A stretch of DNA of 48,317 bases from Perkinsus chesapeaki ATCC PRA-425 (taxonomy: Eukaryota > Protista > Perkinsozoa): positions 1 through 48,317 of the forward strand of contig JAAPAO010000242.1 in NCBI GenBank assembly GCA_013115145.1, written 5' to 3'. The stretch's first letter is position 1. The number at the start of each line of letters is the position of its first letter. Positions 23,186 to 36,427 of this stretch are shown piece after piece. The notes under the pieces were generated by a model. It searched no databases, was not told the origin of the DNA, and was given only the letters and a program-made list of their open reading frames with translations. Made by a program: the position numbers and the translations under genes.

Positions 23186-26100
23186 ATGTCGACGACAAAT
23201 ACTCCTTCTACACCAACCTCGTCTACGTCTTCCTCATCGGGGAAGTTCACTTGGTGTATCGGCATCGACTTTGGCACCCGTACCTCTGTGGTAGCCTCGG
23301 CCCTACCTGGTAACAAGACAACTGCTACTATCGGAATTGACGTTAACGATGTCTCTAACCGATCAACTCCCAGCATCGTCGCTCTTTCTGATGGTTTACG
23401 CTTGACCGGTGAACACGCCATGAACCAAGTAGGTTGTCACATCCCTGCAGTGGTTCGTGGTCATCCGCATCCTTTCAGACCGGCGGATATATATCACATT
23501 TGGCGTCTGCCCTCGAGGATCCCGTTGCCTGCAGCAAACGGTTCGAGTGTGCTTGGGAGACCAAGCTCGGCCCTGTTAATCATGCCGACCGTGAGGGAAT
23601 CGAGCTCACTCCAACACAGGCCACAGCCATCTATCTCAAAGTCAGTTGGTCGTTTTTATTTCCTTGCCGCTTCAATACCATGCTTTCTCAGAACCTACGT
23701 TCCTACGCCTCTTGTGGTGATGCCACCGCCCCAGACGTCATGACCATCGCCGTTCCTGATGGTTACTCAGATGAGGCTATCGACAGACTTGTGAAGGCTG
23801 CTGCACTTGCCACCCCGAGTAAGCCGGCATGAACGGGAAGAAGGCGTAGAGCTACTTATTTTCTCAGACCAGCACCTTGTCGTAGTAGACCATAACTTGG
23901 CCATCGCCAACGCCTACAAGCATAAGGAGTCCACGGCGAAGCTCGAGGAGTCTGGGTAAGTCTTTGACTAGTCCAGATTAGCATAATATTTTCAGATTGG
24001 TTCTCTTCGTTGATGTTGGATACTCCCATGCGACTGCTACTCTAGTATCTTACCCCGAGGGTAAAATAATTGCCACTGAGACCAATAAGGATGTCGGAGT
24101 TTTTGAGTACATCCGCACTATATGCGACATGGTATGGCTCGCATACCCTAGCGTTCCGATTTTTCCGTTGCTAGGTCCGCGACCAGTATGGCGCAGTTAA
24201 GCTGTGCACTCGCCGAGGGCGCCGTTTACTAGCTGCTGCCGAGAAGGCTCTCAAGCAGGTTCGTACCGTCTGAGTGTTTCTTCTGTCATACGCTTGCCTC
24301 CTCAGCTGTCAATGCTAGCTGATACCACTCTCGAGTTGGAATGCTTCACAGAGGATGATGGAGATGTCCGTCTTAACCTCACTAGGTTGGTGCTATCCGC
24401 CACCGCAGAAGTAATTACCATTTTTCAGAAGCAAGTTCGAGGATGCCTCTAAGGAGATTACGGCAACAATCGAGGCTTTAGTCGCACGTGTAGCCAGCGT
24501 TGCTGGGGACTCCCTCGGCCACGTCGAATTGGTGGGCGGTGGCAGCCGTATTCCCTGTGTAAAGGAAGCTATTGCGAAGTACACGACAAAACGTTGAGGG
24601 GTGCAACTCGTTACAACTTCTATTAGGGCCGCTAATGTATCACCTGACCAACTAGGCTCTGGCTTGGATGGCAGTAGCTGTGTTGCTGTTGGGGCCGCGG
24701 CTGTGGCTGTGGAGGTTGCCAGAGGCGAAACGGTAGAGGGTATCAAGAAGGATGTCAAACTTACGGACGACATGGTGGACCCTAGTGAAAGGGAGCTTGA
24801 GGAGTGGATGCAGCAAGTTCACGACAAAGAGGTCAGACATCTTGTCATTTAGTGCGGTCGCACTGTGATATCATTAGACCGCTCGACGCCATGCTAAGAA
24901 CGCCTTTGAGACTTACATTTACACTGTCCGCGACTGGATGAACAACGACAAGCAGGGACTTCTTCCCAAGGACAAGGTAGGAATCGTGGGATAGCATATT
25001 GCAATCGAGATCCCGCAAAACAGGGAGTAACTGATCATGCCTCGCTACGGCCTCGAGACGCTGTCTCGCCGTCTGAAGGCCCACAAATTGTGGGGAACTC
25101 CTTCCGTAATGTCTACTGTTCAGATCACGCCCAGGCTCGAAAAGGATGAGCTTTGGTTCGAAGATGAGCAGTATGGAGAAGTGCCCGTATCAACTGAGCA
25201 ATATGAGGAGAAGCTTAAGGCCCTTAAGGAGTTCGTCGAGGAAGAGGGGTAGGCATAGTCGTGGGTTGTTTAGTATGATGCGTCCGATTCAGAGAGGCGT
25301 ACTTCAAGGCTCGTGAAGAGGAGCGACAGAAGGCGGAGAAGGAGCTGGAGGATAGAGCAGCTCAAGAGAACGGTGGGTTGTGATGCAGGTGGCGAAAGTT
25401 GCACCGCTTTGGCAGGCAAGGAGAAGGAAGACCACGACTTCCGCAAGATGCCCGCCAGTGAGAGGTTGAGGATGGCTGCTAAGAACAAGGAGGAGGGAAA
25501 CGTTGTGTTCAAGGCAGGCAATCTAACGGATGCCGTCAACCGGTACGTTCTTTCCTCGATGCTCCATAGTATCCCTCACGCATCAGGTATGCTCGCGCCA
25601 TGCAGCATCTAAATAAGGCTTTCGATATGAGCCCTGAGCAGCAAGCTGAGCACGACTCTATTGCTCTCTCATGTCATTTGAATACCGCACAGTGTTATAT
25701 CAAAATGGCTGGAAGTGAGAGGTAACTAATGAGGGGGGCACAGCTTGTTTACAGTGTATGCCCGCGTTAAGCAAGTAGTTGTTCGTTGCCATTGGATAAA
25801 ACAACTATTTGTGTACAAAGGATCGCCCAACTTTGTGCGTTATAATGCATGTTGCTGACGCCTGATTTACAACTACTGATTTCTTCCTTATCAGTGATAA
25901 ACAAACCGCTGAGCGACTCTGGGGGAAGGCAGTTTCCGCCGCGAAGGATGCTACTCAGATTGACCATGGCAGCGTCAAGGCGCAGTAAGAAATCCTAATA
26001 ATATTATACTCTCTATCACTGCACTTTAGTTACCGTTTGGCATTAGCGCAGGATCATTTGGGCCAGTTCGATGAGGGTTTAACCTCAGTCAAGCGTGCCC

Positions 26101-26213
26101 GACACCTGGCGCCCGAGGACAAGGAGGTTGTTAGACTCGAGAGCAGAATACAAACACAAATTGACAGACAGAACGCCAAGGCCAAGAAAATGTATAAAAA
26201 AATGTTCGCATAA
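23186..26213 (+). CDS. Hsp110-like Hsp70-family NBD and helical lid fused to a C-terminal FKBP/Cyp40-type TPR domain, multi-exon
   Basis: IGIDFGT, NDVSNRSTPS, FVDVGYSH, ELVGGGSRIP and AKNAFETYIY. In-frame spliced exons continue to NKEEGN...CHLNTAQC...VKAHYR...KKMYKKMFA*. Confidence 0.82.
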
Positions 26214-26413
26214 TTCGGCCTTTCCAAAAAGGCGATATAAATACCCTTTTAACCACTGTCAAGTTTCGGGAGGGTTTCGAAGAGTTGTGTTACACCAGTG
26301 ACGGGAGAGGTTACAACTTAACGCGATTCTGAGATGATAGAACGAATAAATGAGTTTGTAAATGGTGGAATTATAACAATATTAAAGAGCAAAAATGCAG
26401 GATGGTTAACACA

Positions 26414-29400
26414 CTACGAGAGGCCAAAACCAGCCTTGGCATAAATAGCCGTTAAGAGCTTTTTCCGCAACTTCTCCACATTCCCTCCGTAGTCGGGGAG
26501 TTTGAGGAGGTTCACGCAAGTGCTGGCAGTTGGCAAACGGTCAGGATCATCGACCCTTGCTATCGCAAATAAGGGAGAAAGTGTTTTGAAGCCAAGCAGA
26601 GGCGGTCTGGGATTGCTAGTCACAAATTGGAGCAATGCGTCTCGGTCGGCGTCGGTGAAGAGGTCTCTGACGACGTGCCAGAACGCGCGGATATTTGGAT
26701 GCTCTGCGAAGTAACCATTAGAGTACTCAGTATGCCGTTGAAGATCATCGACATCGAATCCGCGCCTTTCTTCTCCTGATATCAGCATGTTCAGTTCTTC
26801 TGGACAAAACAACTGAAGGAGATATAAACTGAGAATCAGAAACTCTTCTTTGGGAAGACCCTACCTGAAGCCATTGCACTGGAATGATATCACCAATGCC
26901 CTCAACGAATGCCTTAGTCTGCTGCTCAATTTGAGTGCACGTTTTGAACTTCGTCATTAGCAGTAGATACAGCATTCTGTTGTCAGCGGTTACGGGTATC
27001 TTGCAAGACAGCACAGTGAGGGCTGGCGACAGACGGAGGCGCCTGAACTACCTTGCTTCCACCAGGGATCAATTCCACATCCCGATTTCCTGCTGTAACA
27101 GTGAAAGTTAAGGAGAGGGCATCCACATCTTCCGGTGAGCAATGCCTTAAGTAAAGCAGACTTCGGCATACCTGGACCGATGCGCTAGCAACTTGTCCTC
27201 CGAACAAAACGCTGGTCTACCTCCTTATCGATGGTAGCAACTTCGTCAATGGAAAACTGTAATCCCAGTATACGATTAAGAAAAACAATAGAGAATCGTG
27301 TATCAACCAGAATCTAAGAAAACTGAGTGATCGCCTTCACACGAGGCATTTAACCCACCAATTCATAAACCGCCTTCCCAACCGCGCGACCAAGATTTCG
27401 GATCTGATTCAGCTCTTCCACTGTCGGAGTGGCATTGGGGATCGGATAAACTCCTATAGGAGGCAGTCTATCGACTACAGCTTCAATAATAGGCCGAACA
27501 TACCGCCGTTCTCGTCCGATGTGAAGAACTTGCCGAAGGCCTCTTTCGTCCAGAGGTTGAGGAACTCTTTGAACAGGCCGCCGCCGTCTATGCCGGGTTC
27601 CATTGCACCTGAAGAAAATATTTGATTGATATACAAGCGGATCTTACCAGTCTCATCAATCCATTCTACTCGCCATCGGGCATGACTCGATCCACTCGAG
27701 GACATGTTTTCCATCATCTTCATACCGTCTTTCAGAAGCAAATCAGGATCTGAAAACCAAGAAGCCCATAAAAGAAACAAAAAAAGGGAGGCGGTCTGCT
27801 GACCCCTATGGACTGTCTGCAGCGTTTCGTTCCGTCTCGAGCGCATCATGAACATCAAATCAGCGTGCCGTCGCTCGCCGCCACTGTGGTCGTTGAGGAG
27901 AACTGTATGGAATAGAGCGACTCGGTCCTTGAAAGCTATCTGAAGCACAAAAGATTATACGTGCGTTGAATAACAAAGGCAAACCCACCGAGTGAGGAAG
28001 TTCGGCAAGAACTGCACTGAGCTGACGCTGTTCGCCCTCGTGGGATCGACTACGGCCGTTAGATTTCGGAGTAAAGAAGTAGTGTACCGCAGGCTCCTGT
28101 TGCTGCGATCTGGCATCACAAGTCGAACAGCGTCGTGTGTCATCCACAACTCTCACTCTGACTGAGCGTTTTGCGTAGCCGAATCACCCTCCACATCGTT
28201 ATCTTCATCCATGTAATCTACGTCGTTCATTTCCTCGTCACCACCACCCCCTTCAGCGGCCAAGTCCGCCAATCGGACGTCTGCAGCTGCCCTCAAAAGG
28301 GGCCGAGAGGAACGAACCACCCAGTAGTCAGCCGAATCCAGACCTAGAGTCGATCTGAACAGTCAAGTCAATCACCAAAGAATCAGGCGAAGATTCGTTA
28401 CCTCCGTCCGTGAAGAGAGCGGCAGATTCTGCAAACCCCACTGACAAGTGTTTGCAGCTGCTGGGTGCAACCGGGCTGGGCCGAAGCTGACAACAACTTG
28501 AAGGCCACGAGGTTTAGTACGGGAATAGCTGATCGAAGTATCTGACATCACTTGGTCCCGGTAGTGTAGCGGCGAAGGGGCCACTGGACCCGGGCCAGGG
28601 GTGAGGCAAGCGAGACGGTACGTCAGGGTCCACGGGATTGCGGTCTTTCCTCTTCATATCATCAGCGTCCATGACTTGCAGGGCTGTCCCATAAAGAGTC
28701 GCCGAGGCGCTCAATCCTACATAAACAAGCTCGTCGCCCGACAGAACCTAGTAGCGATAGCAATGTACGAAAAACCTTCTACTTGATGAGGTAAGGTCTA
28801 CCTTATCTGCACAGGACTGCGCAAGGGACTCTTTTGCATTATCAGTTGCCGAAGGACAGACTAAGTACGGCTCCACAAAACGTCTCACAATAACCTCGTG
28901 AATCCGCGGGATCGACGCCAGTAACTAACGTAAGTATTGTTCCGGTAATGGTCTGACGGAGGTATCCTACAACTCTTGTGTCGTTCTCGAGAGCAATGGA
29001 GTTCTGCGTGCCGAAGTAAAGGCCAAGGAGGGCCCAGATCGCCTCGTCGTCACCGTGCCGAGCCAAGGCCTTCATAACGTGTGGCGACAACAGTACATCG
29101 TTCGAGTTGCCGCGCGATCGAGATCCCCACCAGACGGCGCGAACCACAGCACTAGATATTCCAGTAGTGGCCGAATCCTCAATCCATCGGCACAGATTCT
29201 GAGATAGATGCTGCGCTGTATCATCAGAAGGTTCCGGGAAATAACGAGAGAGCTCGGCTTCGACGTCGGGATACACACTTTCAAGGAAATGCACAGCCGC
29301 TGTGGTAATAGCCTGAAAAGAGCAGGTTTGCAGAGAGCTAGACGGTGATGACCAACCTGGAACTCGGGCTCATCGCGGTTGGCTGTCATTCCTTGCGTGA

Positions 29401-30344
29401 GCGTCGCCAACGCTAACACGCCCCCTATTTTGGCATCGTGGATGAGCTTCAAGGATCTAGAAGGCTCCTTCCACACGCCCCCGGCTAAGACCGCCAGCCG
29501 CTTCGAATCGGTTACAGCCTCTCCTAGCCCCCCATCGGGAAGGATCAAGGCTAAGTCGAACGACCGTGACGAATCGATGTCCAATAGGAGAGATAAGAAC
29601 CTCGGTAACTAAGAATAGACAACTGGCCATGGATCCCAAATGTTGTAAGGACCCTCACCAAGTCCTGTGGATAGGAGTCTACAAAAGCACTCACACAGCC
29701 GCCGGAGCGGACTACCGAAAGTTGGTAATGGTGAATCACCAATTCAGCGGTGTCCGACGATATGCGAAGGTCATCTTCCTTGTTCGATCGTATCTGCAGA
29801 GACAGGTATGTAGAGTATTTGATGGGGCGGTGACAGTCGTACTGAATGAGCAAATAGCAGTCTCTGGATCTGCCCCGGCAAAGCTTTAGCGAGAAACTTG
29901 CCGAGGACGGAGCTCTCCAATCCAAGGGACCGCACCGCCTACATAGTACAATGTACACTCAACCGAGTAGCCGATGATCAGGAAGCTTACTTTGCTAAGG
30001 TCACTATTTCGCTTATCAACGGTGGATCGCAATTCCTTGGCCACCTGACATGCTTCCCTTCGACCACGATACACGCGTTGAATAAACGCTGCAGCCGAGT
30101 TCCTTTTACGGTTTTGTTCCCGTCTGAGCCAGGGAAGACAATAGAGAAAGCATATCCCAACGGAAAAGGAAAAGCGCGAGATCAAAGGGTATAGTAGTTT
30201 CCACGTGAGAAAGACGATTATGTATCCGAATAGAACGTACCTCTGTCGCTCGAGCCGCTGCTGCTGCAAGAAGCGTGACTTGGTCATGGCCGCGGATCGA
30301 CCTGCCAGGTTAACACCGCCACCATGTTCGAGACCACTCCACAT
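26414..30344 (-). CDS. UBE3C: HECT E3 ubiquitin ligase with an N-terminal IQ motif (UBE3B/UBE3C-like), multi-exon
   Basis: AAAFIQRVYRG (IQ), EPGIDGGGLFKEFL, LQFVTSNPRPPLLGF, and LPTASTCVNLLKLPDY with the catalytic Cys; ends AGFGLS*. Confidence 0.85.
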
Positions 30345-30625
30345 ACTAAATAAAGCAAATTCTGAATGAGCCAATGTATATAGAAATGACGTGTTGCGAA
30401 GTTGCTACGCACACATGCCGCCCGAAAACGCAACGTCGACGAAACAAGTAAGATAAGCACGTTAAGCATGTCAGTTGAATCTGAGCTCATCCCTGAAGTT
30501 TCTTATGGCCGTCTGATGGTCAAATGGAAGACCTTTTAATGGGAACGAAAGATCTTTTAAAAGGGCGCATTCACGAATCTTCTCCCTGAATACCCACAGA
30601 TCAGATGATACACATGTGCACTTGT

Positions 30626-32146
30626 TCACCTTCCATGAAAGCGGCGCTTCAATTGTGCTACTATTAGCTGCTCCAAATTGGGTAATCTGTTGTCCACCGC
30701 ATATCCTCTAGGCGCCCGTGGACCTACCCAGGTAAGCTCTGAATCGAGCACAGGTCTTCTCTCACCGTCCTCCCACATTCGTCGGGTGTATGGATTAGCG
30801 TAGGAAGGGAGGGTATTGAGGGCGGGGCTAGAACCGAATATGCTGGTCATGCCTCGCTTGAAAGTGTCGTATCTGACGCTTGGTAGCTATATTCCAGTGG
30901 CCAACAGTTCCTTGGAAGATACCTTTTCCAGACAGTGGCCAGACGGCGCACAAAAGGGGAAGAAGGGATATTCAGAACATCTTCGTTAGATCGAATATCG
31001 CCTGCGTTCGCTGCCTGGAGGTAGCTAGCCCATTCATCAAACACTCGACTGTGGCACAGGAAATGACTGACCAAGTTGTACATCTAAAGCATTGATGAGC
31101 GTTCTCGGCCTGATACGTAATAGCTCCTATAGAGGCTACCTCCGCCGAAAGATGTCTAGCAAGCTTCGTAGAAGTAGTGGGATTGCCAGTAGAAGGGGTT
31201 GTGAGGCTATCCACGAGGATTCTGGCGCTGCTGGTTATACTGTCGGGTAACGCCTTTACATGATACTGCACCTATACAAGATAAATGCTCAATGCAGCTC
31301 GGTAACCATACCAACACACAAATTATGGCTGGAGACAATAAGGCCACGAATTCGATCAGTCTGATTAGAAAAGACAAGGAATGGGAAAAGCAAGTCGGGG
31401 CCGACACGACAAATGGACAAACTCCACTTGCTATTAGCAAAGAGCTGCTTTTGCAGTGAATAACCAGCTAATATTGAATTAAGTTACTACCCCTTTGCAG
31501 TGACCCGCCCTACTACCGTGTATTGTAGGCTAAGCAAACATAGTACTATGAAATGCAGTCCTCTCGACCTTCCGGCTATCTCTTGAGCTCGATTGAAGTG
31601 GTAAGGATGGCGACCAATAAATTCCTCCTCTTCCATACCCAATTGCCACCCATTCGGCTTCAGCCACTCCAGACGCTGTCGTGGTTCTAATAACCGCTCC
31701 ATACGTAGCAGGGCTTCGTAAGCATCTTTAGCAAGGCGGCGATCCTGCAAGTAGAAGAAAAATCAGAGGAAAAAACTGCGCAGCCAACGCTTGTACGACC
31801 ATTTTCGGACAACTTGATCCACTAGCGTCCTCCTGCTGCACTATGCGATTCCCTTCCTCAGAACAGGAATCCTCCTCACCATCAAGTGTCCTGAAATTTT
31901 CAACAATGCTGAGGTTTTACTAAGTTAACGTGAGAGCAGAATCCTACGGGAAAGTTCTCAGTGGTGACCGGATATCAGAAAAATCTCTAGCTCAGAAATG
32001 CAGCATGGATTCGCCGAATACCATGTTTGTTACCTCTTTCCCGGTTCTCTGAGTATTGGCGTGCCGATATCGCTTATGTAGGGTATATAAACCCAGGGGA
32101 TTCCACAAGCTAGACCTTCACCTTTAACCGAGTTAAAGGATGTCAT
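30626..32146 (-). CDS. Hypothetical multi-exon protein
   Basis: A chain of protein-like ORF fragments (DRRLAKDAYEALLRMERLLEP..., VFDEWASYLQAA..., ...QLKRRFHGR*) separated by short GT-AG introns. The 5' exons are tentative. Confidence 0.55.
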
Positions 32147-32482
32147 AGCAAAAAATGATGAAGGCTCCTTACGGCGGTAGATGCCTTGCGCTTATTTTTT
32201 CGCCGACGCCCGACACTGTAATCGTAACGCAACACGACTTATGGCTGAGAAGGATCTCGAAGGAAATTATTCCACGCACCGCGCAAATGATGGTTCCAAC
32301 AAGATAGGGGTGTAAGACAGCAACTGTTATAGAAGCAACGGTGACATTAATTGCTACGAAAATTTGAAGCCATCGGTAGTATTACCGCTGGGGAATCGAA
32401 GAGCAGTGCCCAGACTCAGTACACAGGAGTAAGGTGCCCGCTGCATTGCGACAGATGCTTTGAGACGCGACTCTTAAGGTCC

Positions 32483-33876
32483 TCAGGCTGAGCCGTCTGG
32501 CGCCGTTGCTTCACTGTAAGTGTCATCAGGGCTATAGAACAAGCTAGAGTCGGAGAATTCACCATAGTTAGGAGTAGGTCGCCTGCCAGAAAGTCTCACA
32601 GGAAGCCCCAAGCTATTGAATGCCGTTATTACCAAAGAACTCTTCCGTGTTCCTTTAGAACGTAGCCCATCCAATCCTTATCGTCGACAAAGTTCCAGGT
32701 AGGATCACTTTCCCGCCAATCTGTCGGAGTGAGAACGTTGTCTGTAGGAGCTGGGGCACCCGCCAACAATTTGGCGATTCTATGGGGATCCGCTCCTCGA
32801 AAGTTCTGCTCGTAACCTAAGAAGCATCTTCCTTTGACCAAGGTCGGCTGTGGACGAGCCTTACTAGTCTTCTCAGGTTGGACTAGCGCGCACCAATTAG
32901 TGCCGCTTGCAGCGTACTTTTCAGCTAGAGCTCTCTTGGTCGGCGTCTTCAGAACACTGGGAGAGCATATGTTAATTAAAGCTCTATATGCCAAACCCTA
33001 TTACATAACAGCAACCTCATCCTCCTCGTTAGAAAGGTAGTCCCCGAGAGGATCTCCTTGATCCAGTCTGACTAGGTTGGCCCTGGCCTGCGGCTCCATG
33101 TTATCTGGAGTTCCTGGTGTTATAGTGATGGACTCAATACGGGCTGGTATAACACATAGAATAGCCCAGAACATCTGTGACCAATCAGATGTACTCATTG
33201 CAAGTCTTGCCAGCTTGTTGTCCCAAAGGGAATGCATTATTTTACTGAACTTGAAATCCCAAGGCGGATATACCTCATCACAATCTCCGCTCTTAAACCA
33301 ATCCCAAGCCTCATCTTGGGTAGGATATGGAGGGTTAAGTCCTCTCGGTGTAATCTGGCTAATCGCCTCTCTCACTCCATCCAGAGGGACGTAGCCAAAG
33401 CCTTCAAAAAATACTTTTAATGCCTCCTCATTCTCCCAACGAAATCTTATAATAATATTCCGAGCCAGCCGAAAAAGAATAGGAACTCTCGAGCGTGTGG
33501 CAATCTCGCCAGAGAGGCCAGTTTGGCTCTTGAGTACCACTGAAAGATCTAGTTCGCCCGCTGTGATATCTTCCACAAGTCCCAGGTCGTATAAGGGGCA
33601 TATTAGACCCAATACAATGTCCTCTGCTCCATCGGCTAAGCTGGCATTACTGCCTTTTGCTCTGACACGATTAAACAATCGAAATACCATACCTCGAGTC
33701 GGCCCAACGAGCATCCTGTAGTGCTCAGAATCAATGTCATGGACAACTATAGCGTTGACCCTAGAATCCCCATTGGAGTTAGGATCAGCCACGCTACTGT
33801 AAAAGTAACCAGCGAGACCAGGAGCGTTGTTGGAATTACTGCAATAGCTGTCTTGAGATTCAAACGAGCCAGTCAT
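32483..33876 (-). CDS. Orphan protein, 3 exons, about 431 aa
   Basis: Introns 33004-32957 (48 nt) and 32632-32583 (50 nt), both GT-AG, join the three ORF-track pieces in frame. Confidence 0.72.
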
Positions 33877-34024
33877 ACAAGATTCAAATTCAAGGTGATT
33901 AAGGATTGACTCTCTTGGACGATTATAAAGAGAGAGAAATATTCCGATATATGTCAGAATTGACGCAAACGATTTTACTCATTTCCTCGGCGCACCTTGA
34001 AGCAACAGGCTGCTCACAATTGAA

Positions 34025-35221
34025 ATGGAAGCTCTCGCTCTCGATTCGGCCATAAAGTTCTGTGGTACCGGTGGCGCCACTCTCAGCCCCAAAGAGCTCC
34101 TGGCGCTACAGTCCGGAATGAACAAGCTGAAGTATGACGCCAAATTTGATAAGGTAAGACCGAGAGAGCCACTTCACCAAATCACCGTTTCGATGTGTAG
34201 GTATACTTTTGGGGTCGCATCTCGGGCTTGAAGGGGGACTACTACATTGCCTTTGGGCTTCGGTCTGTGTCCGAGGCTTTTCCTTGCAAGAAGTTCTACT
34301 TCTCTACATCGACGGACCCTGGTACTGACTTTCTAATTAGATATCTCATTGACCTTTGCGCTCCTTCAGATTTTGTAGAGCTTCCTGAGCTGACAGAGGC
34401 TGAAGAGGACATAGTTAAAGCGCTAGTGGATCAGAGGCTTCCTTTCGTAGGGGAACCTTCAAGGTAGTGGTGTGGGGCTCTAGATATACGGTGTGATGAT
34501 CCATCAGACCTGTTGCCACAGAGGACCTCCCTAAACCGCCAGAAGGGGAAGAAGAGAATGCTCCCGTCCCTCTTAGAGTGATTTAACTGATGCACGTAAG
34601 CTTTTATTGTCCGGTGTAGGTAACGGACTTGAAACGGTTGGCCGAAGTAGTCCCTCGTATCGATGCTGAGACGTCAGTGGTTCCTGCCGGTGCCCACTGC
34701 ATGACCGACTCTTTTAAGATAGTTGACAGTGTAGCATTCAAGGGTAGTAGGGCACGGTGCCTCTTTTCGCGGGAAGCCTAATGGAAACATCGCTTCTCAT
34801 CAGGTTTGAGCTACGCTGATGCGAGCTCTATCTCGTCATTTCGCCATTTCCGCCCATCGTCGGATGCCACTGCTTTGCGCGCTCTGGTAGTAGTAGCGGC
34901 CCGCTATGCGGTTTTGGCGGGATCGTTCATACTGTTAGGTCGCTGATGATGCCGCCTTCATGACGGCGTCGAATTTCTTGGACAATGTTGATGAAGATTC
35001 TCCTAAGGGAGCCGCTTGGGTACTTCGGCCGAATGTTTCAGTGCTGCAGGTAGCGTTTGGGCCGGTGTGTCATGTAAAACTGGTCGTCGTAGGGGGCCAC
35101 GGTCCTAAGGAGTCTGGTCTGGCCCGGCTATACTGCGTTCCATGTACCAGGATCAACGCTTTATGGCGGAGCCTACCTTGGAAACGGAATAAGGAACTCC
35201 GACCTGGCATTTATGCTGTGA
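34025..35221 (+). CDS. RSPH9: Radial spoke head protein 9, multi-exon
   Basis: YTFGVA intron region splices to VYFWGRISGLKGDYYIAFG. Also RLAEVVPRIDAETSVVP, FKGLSYADA, and C-terminal GNGIRNSDLAFML*. Confidence 0.85.
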
Positions 35222-35353
35222 AAGACCCATACCTGTAATTCATGATGATGATAGGAAGTTGTGGTATAAGAAAGTCGTTTGGCGTTGAGGGGCTCTTTGT
35301 TGTTGGGGAACATGTTATCAGGTTTGGTGCTGCTCTTTCTTCGTTCCTAGGCC

Positions 35354-36427
35354 ATGACAAATGCCACTACTCATGACGTGCTATCCACGAGAACACTGCT
35401 GAGCTTAGCCTGCTTGTTGAGGAAGAGCCGAGGAGTGCCAATGGAGATATGCATCAGCACCTGGGACTATCTACGGCCGTCTATTAGAGGATTCAATCGC
35501 GGCCAGCAATATAATGTTGATACTGAGGATGGCAACATCTATCCGGTGTACACCAAGCTTACCCAGTCCAACGACTGCCATCTGGTGTGGGTTGCCTATC
35601 CTGATGATAAATACGTACTCGAGGGTCTCTCGCTTGACGGCACCCGGTCTCGTTTAGCGGAGATCCCTCTGCCTTACGTGCACAATTCGATCTGTGCCGA
35701 TATCAGAAAGGGCGGTCCTTGTATCACTTTTGTCTTCAATTCTTCGGTCACCCAAGTGACAGCTTGGTCTATTACTGGGACCTCTCCGCGGAGTGAGCTG
35801 CCCGTGGCCGATATAATGCAGTGTGGCGTGGCCACGGACCTATTGGTTGAGATTGCTACTGGAGCCCCCTTCAGCAACGCTATATATGGTGTGCTGCCTG
35901 GTCTTGGCTTTTCACGTAATCTTCTCATTCGGATGACCCCATTGGGGGGTATGTGGGCTTGCGACAACCTCTGTATAGTCCCAAATCTGATACAAGGGTT
36001 CGCCATCCTAGATACAGACATAGTTATTCTTACTGGCCTTGGGGACCACCCGGACCAAACTGTCTTACAACGCCGTGACGGGTCAGGATGGGAGACTCTC
36101 CTTATCATACCCCGACAGTGTGCTTCCATGGACATAGATCATAGACGTAACTGGATTTACATTCTCGGAGGGTCTCCCGATGTGCCCAATTGGCGTCTCT
36201 GGATTTATTCATTTCAAACCAGGACAGTTGTGCATGAGCTCGATCTGACTATGGAAGGAGGAGCTCGTGGTGGTACCGGCATCGCAGCCAACGCCGCAAA
36301 CATCACGCCTGAGCGGTTATTCGTACGGCCTGATGGCGCCCTGTGGATATCACGGATCCTTCAACCTGACCCGGAATTGCTGGACTTCGACCATCGAATC
36401 GAAACTTGGTACCCCGTAGTCGACTGA
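35354..36427 (+). CDS. Intronless 357-aa hypothetical protein: N-terminal SOCS/F-box-like motif and probable beta-propeller
   Basis: TLLSLACLLRKSRGVPMEICISTWDYL, then propeller-like strings (SMDIDHRRNWIYIL, LFVRPDGALWIS). A pyrimidine-rich AG lies just before the ATG. Confidence 0.72.
   Translation: MTNATTHDVLSTRTLLSLACLLRKSRGVPMEICISTWDYLRPSIRGFNRGQQYNVDTEDGNIYPVYTKLTQSNDCHLVWVAYPDDKYVLEGLSLDGTRSRLAEIPLPYVHNSICADIRKGGPCITFVFNSSVTQVTAWSITGTSPRSELPVADIMQCGVATDLLVEIATGAPFSNAIYGVLPGLGFSRNLLIRMTPLGGMWACDNLCIVPNLIQGFAILDTDIVILTGLGDHPDQTVLQRRDGSGWETLLIIPRQCASMDIDHRRNWIYILGGSPDVPNWRLWIYSFQTRTVVHELDLTMEGGARGGTGIAANAANITPERLFVRPDGALWISRILQPDPELLDFDHRIETWYPVVD

Noticed and set aside
32483-33876. Apparent operon or frameshift cassette of three closely spaced ORFs (virus-like)
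   Set aside because: Two canonical 48- and 50-nt GT-AG introns join them into one reading frame.
6668-36427. Cluster of ubiquitin-system genes (RING, UBX, HECT, two F-box-like)
   Set aside because: These families are large and are interspersed with unrelated genes, so chance is sufficient.
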